Shown: positions 12,374-22,719 of the stretch, piece by piece
How the letters are laid out: the number at the start of each line of letters is the position of its first letter
Position numbering within the stretch: position 1 is the first letter of the stretch
From: Raillietiella orientalis
Lineage: Eukaryota
Direction: 5' to 3'
NCBI GenBank assembly: GCA_036172245.1
Contig: JAYWIR010000074.1
Location: 1-64,000 of the forward strand
Length of the DNA: 64,000 nt
Program-made: the position numbers and the translations under genes
The notes under the pieces: generated by a model
The model's database searches: none
The model's input: the letters and a program-made list of their open reading frames with translations, nothing else
What the model was told of the DNA's origin: nothing

Positions 12374-14972
12374 CGCACGCGTTTTTGGTCAGCTCCCGTG
12401 AGCGAAGCCAAAACTAGGTGTTATGTGGATTGGAAGTGCGGCCGTTGGAAGCCAGAAATGACTGAAGAAGCCGCAGTACCTGCGACGGGAGACATGAGGC
12501 CCACGTCTCCACAACCTATGGAGGTGGGGTCATGCCCCACCACAAAATCAGCCCCCGCCACCCCGGCGAGGGCGTGGAACAAGGTGGCCGCGGCGGCTCC
12601 GCCGGACGTGGCCGCCAAAGTGCAGGCCTACATAAAGGAGGGCTACAACCCAGCCCTCCTTTACAAGGTAGGAAATCTTTATCCACCGCTTACAACGCGG
12701 AAATCTGAAAACGCCATCAGTAGGATGGGAATCTCTGACGAGGAGATCCTTTGCTTCTCGATTCGGAGCGGCGGGCAGTTCGCGGAGCTGATCTGCAAAG
12801 ATGCAGCGCTCACACACAAACTGCTCTGCACGCCCGTTCCGTTCGAAGGGCGCAATCTCCTCCCACACACGGTGAATCACTCTATGGTGATCCACCTCAC
12901 GGGTACAACGGTGCCGATGACCGATGAAGCCATCCGCACTGGAATCAACAAATTCGCGGAGATATACGCGATGTGGTCAAAGCCCAACGCCTTTACTTAT
13001 CGAGGCGCATTCAGTGGGCGAGTGGCCGCGCGCGCAACTCTCCGCGAAAACAAAGAACTTCCCCACAAGCTTGAAGTCAACAACGAGCTCGTCGACCTCT
13101 GGTACGTAAGGAAGGAAAAATACTGTGGGCTGTGCAACACATTCAGGCATCTTAAAAGGAGATGCCCGGATGCCACATGCCCAAACTGCGGCGCGAAGGG
13201 CAACACTAGTGCTGTGTGCCCGAAAAACGACGAGACAACGCCTTCAGCCCCTTCGACAAATGAGGGGAAGAAGGCAGTAAACCAAAAAACACGCGACCAA
13301 CAACCGACCTAAGAAGAAGTCGTGCACAAGGAGCAGGAGCCTCAAAAGGAGAATTCTGAGCCAACTGCCGACGAGGAAAACTGGAAAGTCGTTTCGAACA
13401 AAAAAGCAAAAGAAACACACACAAAAAAAACAAAAATACCTACAAAAAATGACAAATATCAGAACGCAAGCGTTCCCAAAAAACCCGCGGTCGGCAAACC
13501 AAAAATTTCGCCGCGCGAGTCCATAAACGAATGCCGCGTTACAATCGAGCGCGTTCCGTCGATCGAGCGTCGATCGGCGAACGCGACTCCCGCAACCGTC
13601 GCGAACGCCGCGGAACCGCCGCAGGAATCCTGCGACAAACACGCGAGCAGCAGCAACGAGAAAAACTTCGCGAAGGCGGCGGAGAAACTCGCGGCCACCT
13701 TAATGCGGCCGCCTAAGGCTGCAAAGAAGGCCGTCAGACGTCCGACGGAAGTTAAGGGCCCGGAAACTTCCGGGTCCGAGGCGGAAGCCAGAAACCCTCC
13801 CACCGTCGCCCTTCCGAAGAGGAAGGCGGGCCGGAAGTCGTGCAACCCCATCCGCGTCGCTCCCCCTCAGGCTGAAGAGGAGGAGATGCGCTCGCATAGC
13901 GAGGAGGCGATGTCCGCGAGGTCGAAGGATCCCTCCATCGACAGCATCCGGTCGGACCTTCCTATAAACCTCAGTCCGGCTGCAGACGTTCCGGTCGTTG
14001 CCGAAACGCCACCACCGCAGATGGACAACGACCTGCCGCCTCCCGAACAGGAGGCGGCAATACACACGCCACCACCATCACTAGTATGATGCGTGGAATC
14101 GCCTCTTGCCGGCAGCTGCGTATAGCCTGTTGGAATGTCAACGGGCTGCGTAGCGAAAGCAAGAGGCGTAGCGTGGCCGACACCCAGCGACCTTTCAATC
14201 TGGCACTACTTCAAGAGGTGCATGCCCTCAGAGCAGAGGACGTCCAGGAAATCGAGAGTCTACAAGGGGGAACGCTACTTTGGCGTGGTGGAGGAGACCA
14301 CTCCCGCGGAGTGGCCTTCCTGCTGAAGCAAACCGTCGCCAATGCGGTACGCAGTGCACAGTTCGACGAGGACGGTCGAGTCGGACAACTTGTGCTTAAG
14401 TGGTCCGAATCGATCAACCTCGTAGTCACGAACCTGTACACGCCCTGCACCAGCCACAGGCGCGCAGAACGCACTGCGTTCTTCGAAGCCCTGCGGCTAG
14501 ACTGGCTGGCTGAAGCAGGCGTGCGGCGGGCGCATCTGATAGCAGGAGACTTCAAAGTCCGCCTGCTGTCGAAAGCGCCCGACATACGAGTGCAATTGGT
14601 CAACGAGTTGTGTGCGGCTATGAACACACGCAACTTGTTGGCCGATGGAGCCGGGGCTAGAAGCGGAATCCACCAAGAGTTCCTCGATAACCACATGTGT
14701 ACGCGGGTGGGGACTCGAGGAGCAATTGCGTCGGAGCTGTCCGATCACCCTCGGCTAGTGATCGACATTCATCCGCGCCACAGAGGTCCACCCTCCGAAG
14801 CGTTGCGCCTGCCGGGGAACTGGTTGCGACTTGCAGGAGCGCGCGAACATCTGCGCGCATTCCTGCGTAGTTACGAACTGCAAACTCTCGCTGATTGGGA
14901 CAAAATAAAACGCTAATTCCGAGAGTACTGTGACCAGTATCCCCTCCATCAACTTCCTCCAGGTTTCGGCGA
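12374..14972 (+). mobile_element. Family F copy F2: 5' UTR, ORF1 and endonuclease
   Basis: ORF1 ~12458-14089 has one internal TAA (13310) and knuckles CGLCNTFRHLKRRC / CPNCGAKGNTSAVC. TGATG overlap at 14087-14091; EN ORF 14086-14916. Confidence 0.9.
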
Positions 14973-16617
14973 TGCCACCCGGATATGCCAGGACGTTTAT
15001 TAAAAACATTTCGACGGTCAATACAGAACGTGGAACAAAGTCCCACTGAAGGTAACGCAATACCGGAACTGCTGGGACACCGGGACGCAGCCCGGTGTGG
15101 CTATCCTCGGCAGCGGTGGGGCATGAAAGAGAAAACAAAAATAAAATAAAAGAGAAAAACAAACCACAAAAAAAAGTATGGAGGGCCGGGAAGGGATCAC
15201 AGAAAACTACTAGGAGCGCGCATCCTTTGCAGGATGCCTTCTAGTTCCATTTTCAGCTTTCCTAAATGGAGCCATTGGGTAGCTCTCTGCAGGAAGCGCG
15301 AAGCATACTCGATGACGTTCCTCACGATGCAGTCTTCATCTTCGGCATCACTCCAGGCCGCCACGATACCACGAATGCAGCAACATGCTGCCTGGGCTGC
15401 GGCTGGACTGAGAGCGTTCCGCACGAAGACAAGACTGAAGATACATTCAACATTGCCACCAAATCCGGTATCCGGAGGGCCGTTTTCAGACGATCCCAAA
15501 GAATCCGGACGGCAGGGCATTCAACTAAGAGGTGGGGGAGCGACTCCCGCTCCCCACACCTGGCACACGCAGGATTTACTCTTCCCCGCGTCCAGTGCAA
15601 GCGGCGCGCGTTGCAGGGTAGACTCCAATGCAGCCACAGAAGCGCCGATTCTTGCCACTTCAAGGGGAGAATCCTGGATCCAAGAAGAACCGGGGGCCAC
15701 TTCAGGTCATCCAATCGAATGCCGAGCAGCTCGCCCCATCTTCTTGATCCACGCGGCTGGAGACTAGGGGTCGTTGCATCTGTCAACTCTCCCATGGTCC
15801 AGCCGCTGATCATCTTCTCTCTGCCTGCGATACGGCAGCAGACTTGCCACCTTGGCTTCCGGCTTCCGTGAAGCGCCCTTTGGAGGAAGGGCATCGCCGT
15901 AACAAGGGGTGTGCCTTCCGCCCACGTGCAACTCGGTGGAAATTCAAGAATTTCACGGAGAGTGCGGCGGGCGTATAAGCCGACTAGCAGGCAGTTCATC
16001 CGGTCTTCGCACCTTTGGTTCTGCTTAGCCCAGGTGCCAGCAGTCTCTTCCAGCCAAGCGGAGGAGTTGGCAGGGCCACAAACCATCCGGTCGTTTTCCT
16101 TTGCCAGGGTTGCCATGCGGCCGAGCATTAGACCGCATCTTCGAATCTTCCGGCGAGGGCACAGAAGAAACGATGCGAGTCCTTCGCAGCGGGACACACG
16201 TCTGGCCAGGAGGGGGGCCGGAATGTACCAAGCAGTGCTCCACATCTTCGCTGCGATGGCGAGGGTCCACCATCGCAGCTGGATTTCCACGCGCTCCAGC
16301 GTCAGGATGCTGAGACAGCCGTCCCGACGCGCAGCGCACAAGTCCTTCAAAGGGACTCGGGGCCTCCCCTTGCCTCAAAGAGCTATGCGGAGGAGGTTTT
16401 TAGTCCCCTTTTTTGATTCCACGGGGGGGATCAAACAAGAAGCAAGGGGCGGAGGATGTGGGCCGCGAAGGCGTTCCAAACCGCGGCCCGTTCCGGGAAG
16501 TGAAACTTGCCTTCCAGGAACGGGCCGATCGCCGTCTCGACTTTTTGGAGGCAGCTGGACCACGCTTCCGCAGGCGAGAAGTCCCCCAACGGCACACCGA
16601 GGTACTTGATGCACCTC
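14973..16617 (-). mobile_element. Family D copy D1: ORF2 C-terminus and 3' UTR
   Basis: ORF 15322-16350 ends with CARCGERESLPHLLVEC. The 3' end is AATAAAcgtcctggcatatccgggtggca. Near-identical to 45623-47270(+). Confidence 0.88.
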
Positions 16618-19600
16618 ACGGACGACTTCGCCCTGTTCAACGTAAGTCCGGTTCGCCGATGCAGCAGGTCGAAGAACTCCTTGACCGCCGCAGCCGGGGT
16701 GGACATAGGGAGCAGCAGCAGAAGGTCGTCCGCGTATGCTGAAACGGCCGGCGTACCGGCACAGTCGTGCGGCAGATGCGCCAGAGTTCCCCTGTACGCT
16801 CTCAGTACCAACTCAAAGTAGGTACTGAAGAGCAAGGGGCTCAGGCTGTCTCTCTGCCGGTTCCCACGCCGCACCGGCACGCCGTGCACGGTCTGCCCGC
16901 TGAAAGTAACATTGATGAGCGCGTCGCGCCAGCAGGAGCGCAGATAGGCCACTAATGAGTCCAAGAAGCCCAAGCGTTCCAGAAGCTCTAGAAGGAGATT
17001 CTGGTCGACGCAATCGAATACTTTCCGCAAGTCGATTGCGACCGCAAGGGCTCCCTCCCCCTCCCGACCATCCAACCCCCTGCCGGCGCACGCACCGGAA
17101 TGCCGGCTGCACACCAAGCTCCTTTCATGTTGGAGGTCTAGCCAGGTGGAAGCGTGGAACAGGTTCGCCTCAATGCTTCGCTTGGGAACAGGATATGTCT
17201 GTTCCGAGCTGATGACGATGTTGACAACGCGTCCCAAACGCTCTGCCCACATCTTGGCTATCAACTTGGCTGCCGAATTCACTATTGTGATCGGACGCCA
17301 GTTGTTCATGCTCCTCAGATCTCCTTTTTTAGGGAGGATCCGCACCTTTGCCGAACGAAACGAGGCGGGAACGTCACATGTTTCGCGTATCAGCAAGGTG
17401 TGTTGCTGTACCAGGGGGGTAAGCTCAGCCGCGAAAGTTTGATAAAACTCCGCGGGCAGGTGGTCCTCTCATGGAGCCTTTCGCCTCTTGAGCTTTCCGA
17501 TGGCCGAGAGGATCTCGTCCATCGTGAAAGGCTCGTCGATGGTCTTTGTCTGCTCCTCCCCGATCGCTGGAGCGCCTTCCGGAAGCAGGATTCGTGATAC
17601 GTTCCTCTCCGGAGGTGCCCTGGCATACAGGGAGGAGTAGTAACTCCGCAGCAGGTCGCGGATTTGGGCAGGTGCCGAGTGCTCCTGGCCCTGATCGTCC
17701 AGTAAGCTGGCCGATCCGGACTGCCAGGCTTGCCTCTCGGATCCCGCTTTGTATTTTGCCAGCCTGCGGATGTCGTGGGTCATGGCGTAACGACCGGCCT
17801 GCAGGTAGGCTTGTTCGTTACGGACCCCGGTCCCAAAACCCGTAGGTAGGCGGTGCAGAAGGAACTGGTCGCAGAACTGCAGGACCGACCGCTTGAAGCG
17901 GTCCCAATCCTGGAGTTTCCGCAGCCTGAAGCTCCGTATGAACGTGCGCTGATGTTCCGCCGCGTCCGGGAGCTCCAGCCAGTCCCCTGGGAGACGCAAC
18001 GCTCACGAGGGGGGCCCCTGTCGCGCGGATGGATCTCGAGGACCATCGGGCGATGGTCCGACAGCTCGCACGGTAACTTGCGGCGCCTGCCCAAGTGAGG
18101 GCACAGGTGCTCGTGAAGAAACACGTGGTCAATGCTGTCTTCCATCCCCGGTTAACTGTCCAACAATTTACAGGTGTGCACCTCCATGCACACCTCGTTG
18201 ACCAGGTCACGCTCGAAATTCTGCCCATCTGGTTTCAGGCGAACGTTGAAATCGCCTGCAACCAGATGGGCATCCCGCACGCCTGCTTCGGTCAGCCAGT
18301 CTCGCCGAAGGGCAAAGAAAGAGTCTTTCCTCGCCCTCCTGGTCATCAGGTCCGCGCCGCTCGGTGCGCACACGTTCGTGACGATCAGATCGATCGAGTT
18401 GGACCACCTGAGAGTCAGCTGGGCGACACGACCGTGATCGTCGAACCCCACGCCCCGAGCCGCGGCCTCGACGGCTGGCCGAAGCAGGTAGGCGACACCG
18501 CAACTTTTCGCTCTCCCACACCTGTACCACAGCCGCCCTCCGGAGATCCGTTCGATCTCTTGCGCTTGTTCTGCAGAGATCACGTGGATCTTCTGCAGCA
18601 GCGCAAGGTCGTAGGACTCCAGAAGGGCGGCCATGTCTGGTCTCCTACCGGTGTCTGTCATGCCGTTCACGTTCCAAACGGCGATGCGGAGACGACGGCG
18701 GGAGGAGGTTCCCGGCATTACTGCTGGGAAGATTAAGGTGTGATGGAGCCCTCCTCTTGCGAGGCAGGCGGGATGTCCATGGGGGTTTCGGCCTTCTCAG
18801 GTAACTGAGCCACCTGTTCGGCCTTTACTCCCTCCATCCCCTCCGTGTCCGCGCGTGAAAGTCTCTCGGGCGATGGGTCCCGAGATTTTCCCACGCTCAT
18901 GGCACCCTCGCTTGCGGAAGCCATCTCTTCCCCTTCGACGGGGGAGACGAGCTTCCTTGGCTTTGTGGACTTAAGTCCGGCCTTCTTGCGCGGTGCCGTG
19001 GAAACGGAGGCTGCGCTTCCGGTCTTAACCTCGGGGTCGGAAGTGGGGGACTCCTGAAGGGAGGCCGGACGCCTTACATCCTTCTTGCCAGCCTTGGAGG
19101 GTTCTGGCTGCAACGAGGCTTCCAGCTCCTCCGCGGCTCGCGCGAAGGCTACGTCATCGATGGTGGTGTCGATGACGGACGCCGCCGCCAGCTCGCTCCC
19201 CTTGCTGTTGACAGAGTCAACAGAGGGGTTGTCGTCGGTAGCGACGAGTTCTTTTTCGAGCGGTGAGGAATACGCTCGACGACAACGCTGCATTCTTTAA
19301 TTTGCTCGCTTACCTGCTGTTTTTTCTGGCGGTACGCGAGCTTTTTCTCCATCCTCCTCTCCTTCTTTGATTTTTTGGCCAAAGATACCTGCCACTTAGG
19401 CTCCCTGCTTGTTCCCTCGACTTGTTCGGCGTTGTTCGCCGGGGTCTCGGGTGCAGTCTGGGCCTTGGGCGCGGGTAACACAGCCTTCGCGGCAGCTTTC
19501 GCCGCCAGCCTTTTCTGCAGAAGCGGGGCACGTTTTTTAAGGATTCTTTTAAAAACCACCCGCACTGCTGCTTTTAGGCACACCTCCCACGTGTGTCCCA

Positions 19601-20430
19601 TGGCTCCGCATACTTGGCACTGTATATTGGTACACCTCTTTTTAAGGTGGCCCGACGTATTGCAGAAGCCACAGTATTTCGGCTTCCCCACATACCAGAA
19701 GTCGACGGTTTCGCCTTCCACCACCAGTTTGTGGGGAAGAGTGCAGCCCTCCCGAACGGTTACGCGCGCAGCAGTGAGGCCGTGTTGCAGCCCCGTGTAG
19801 TCCTCGAAAGGACTTACTTTCGTCCACTGCGCTTGGACCGTTCCGAACTGTTTCAAAGCGGCGCGAACCTCTTCTTTGCGCATTCGCGCAGTAACGCCTA
19901 ACAGGTGGAGCACTACGCTGCGGTCCGCCGTAGTGAGGAGCCTGCGCGTCTCCATCACAAGAAGATTTTAAGCAGTCTTTGGGCCAGCTCTGCATGTTTG
20001 CAGATGACCTCAACGTACTGACCCCGCTGCGAATGGTCATACCGCTGAGCTCCTCCTCTTTCACATCGAGAGCGCGCATGCCTTTCGAAAATGCGCGCGC
20101 GCTCTCTAAAGAATATAAATTGCATACCTTGTAGAACAATGAGGTGTTGTACCCCTCCTCTACATTGGCCGACAATTCCGCCGCTGCTGCAGGCGATGGC
20201 GCCGCCACAACGGCGCTCCACGCCCGCGCTGCAGCAGGGACCGATTCTGTGGGGGAGGATGCCCCCACCTCTGTCCCCTCTTGGGACGGCGTTGCCGCTG
20301 CCCCCTGGCCATCCCTGATGTTCGCGTCAGGCATCGCGGCCTGATCGACCTCCGAAACACACGACGCTCGCTCTGAAGGAGACTTCCTGGCACGAGGAGC
20401 ACCGAGAAAACACGTCTACCGTGGAGGACG
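16618..20430 (-). mobile_element. Family E copy E1: 5' UTR, ORF1, EN and RT (fused to D1)
   Basis: 5' end cgtcctccacggtagacgtgttttc. ORF1 20334-18718 is broken; EN 18152-18718; RT 16431-17396. Homologous to E2. Confidence 0.88.
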
Positions 20431-22632
20431 CGAGGCGTTCTACCGTGTAAACCAGAAGCTGCTTTTGGAGCTTGTGGAACGCCTTGGGTTCCCGGCGCAA
20501 CTCCTGCTGATATTTGCGCGCGTGCTGGCGCCACGCGCTAGACTGCATCACTTTCAGCGGCTGCCGCGTGTATGGTATTCCCGTTCGTAGGAGCATCCGA
20601 CAGGGCGACAGCTTAAGCTCGTTGCTATAGAGCATCTTGTTTGAGTTCGTGCTAAGAGCATACAGGCTGACGCTGTCTCACTTGCGAAGCTCCTGCACGG
20701 GAACGCCTGCCGTGGCCGCCTACGCTGATGACCTGCTTCTTCTGCACCCCATGTCCACCTCGGCGTCCAGTGTCGAGGATTTCTTCGACCTGATTCGTCG
20801 GGGAGCGGGCGTGAGCGTGAACAGACAGAGAAGCGCGGTCGTTCCTGTGGGTACGTCGTGGGAGGGGCAGTCCGACTGGATCCGCCTGGGGATCCCTACG
20901 GGCGGGTACTTTAAGTACCTTGGCGTTTCGTTGGGCGCTTTCGGCGCAGGCAAAGCGTGGGCGGACTGTCCTCGGAAAGCAGATTTGGCCATCAGACCGT
21001 TCTTTAACGGCAAGTTCACCTTGCAGGAACGGGCGACTATTTAGAACACCTTTGTGGCCCCCCTCCTCCTTCCCCTGTTTTTTGTTTTGGAGTCCCCATA
21101 TGCGGCGAAACAGCGGGCTAAACGCCTGCTCAGGAACGCTCTCTGGGGTCCGGCGAGATCCAGGTTCCGCCATAAAGATTTGTTAGCTCCGCGTTGGGAT
21201 GCTGTTTTGGGTTTACTGACAATGGAGCGAATCGGACTGCAGGTGCAGTTCCGAATGCTGGCACTGTGTGCCCAGCTATGGACATCAATTCTGTGTGTGT
21301 CAGCTGGCATTCTCCTGCGGAGATGCGCCGGAAGCGGAGGATTTCTCTCGCTTTTGCCGGGCAGTCAATACAATAAGCGGGGTTTCGGGTTTCCATTGCG
21401 GCAGTTGACCGCACTTCTGGAAGCTCACTCGTGGAACTCCTGCCGCCCAATGAACTTTGAAGCTTGGCAACAGGAGTCTGTTGAATCCTGGGCGGCGTTC
21501 CAAGGAATACGCCCTGAAGATCTTCGCTCCCTGCGTCAATTTTTTCCACGATCCTTGGAAGAAGTACTGCAGGACGAGGTGAAGTTTTCTACCCTGGTTG
21601 CCACGCCTCTTACCGCAGCGCTGTCTGCCCTCAGGGCAAGAAACGACAGTCACCAACCGGCGAGGTGGGAGGTTTCCTGCACGATAGCGGCAAAAACCAA
21701 AATCCTTGGCGCCTAGAAGACCAGTAAGTTGGCCGACGCCGCCACTCCTCGTATTACTGCAAAGGGACTCCTCCTGTGGGCAGAGGAACTTGCTGCCCCC
21801 CCCGAAGAACTTGTAGTCCCTTGACAGTGTATTGACAGTTCGCTGCTTCCCCTTGCTTGGAAACAAGCCGTGCTGCTTTTCGTTCACTGGGGCTTTCAGT
21901 GCAACGAGCGTTGGCATCCTGACTCCGGGGGACTTGCGTCTGCGAACTGCGTTCGGTGCGGATCGACGGAGTCGATTCCGTACCTACATCTGGACTGCGG
22001 TGTCCTACAAGGACTGTGGCGTAGGCTGGCAACAGCACTAATGCATCCCGTGGACACCGCAAGAGACTTGCTGCGACGATTCTTCACGCCGAGCGGGCTG
22101 TCACTAAGCGCAAGGATTGCAACCATCGGTTGCATACGCGCGATAGTTTCCGTCCGCCAGGCGTTGGTAATCAACGGACAACACCAAGAGGTAATCAGCA
22201 AAGCATCCTTCTACATGGGAGCATCCGCTAGATGGCCTCATTTGACGGAGGAGACCAAAAGGAATCTCGCCGCAATACACCGCCGGTTTACACACGCTCA
22301 GCAGCGGCCAACCCGGTGATCATTGCTTTACCCTCCATAAACTATTTTTGTATTTTCTTTTTACACCCGCGTCCCCATAGGCTCCGGAACATTTTAGGTG
22401 CTCTTCGTTTAAATCCCCGTGAGTACGGAGCCTAACCAAAAACCTGTTACCCTTCCCTCCAGTTTTTGATTTTTGTTTGTTTCCCCTCATTCCTCCCACG
22501 CTGCGAGCGGTTTGTTTACCAGGGCTGCGTGCCGGTAATTTTTCTATGTTCTTTGTCGTTCTGTTGGTTGAGGACATTGTCCCTGACTAGTTTATTATTA
22601 TTAATAAACGCCCCGGCGTGACCGGGTGATAA
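20431..22632 (+). mobile_element. Family B copy B1: RT from the KAFD motif to the 3' end
   Basis: YADD in 20637-21044 and CVRCGSTES in 21870-22319. Closely similar to 26735-28922 and ends AATAAAcgccccggcgtgaccgggtgataa. Confidence 0.9.
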
Positions 22633-22640
22633 ATTTCAAT

Positions 22641-22659
22641 CGAGTGCGGACGTGTTTTT
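22641..22659 (+). promoter_or_regulatory. Conserved 5'-terminal motif CG-N(n)-GACGTGTTTT (representative; putative internal promoter)
   Basis: The same motif or a close variant lies within ~25 bp of every intact 5' end. The role is inferred. Confidence 0.55.
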
Positions 22660-22719
22660 CTTCGCTCTCGTCTCCGTGCTTTCATCCGCTTCATCTTGGC
22701 GTCGTACATTTTGACGACG

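Larger units (their letters stand above)
12345..16619. repeat. Inverted duplicate of ~45623-49895 (F 5' half plus D 3' half composite)
   Basis: Near-identical ORFs and UTR on opposite strands, including the F/D junction and shared nonsense codons. Confidence 0.9.

Noticed and set aside
13310..13312. TAA shared by F2 and F3 ORF1 as programmed readthrough
   Set aside because: The two copies are duplicates that also share an ORF2 nonsense codon, so they are not independent evidence.
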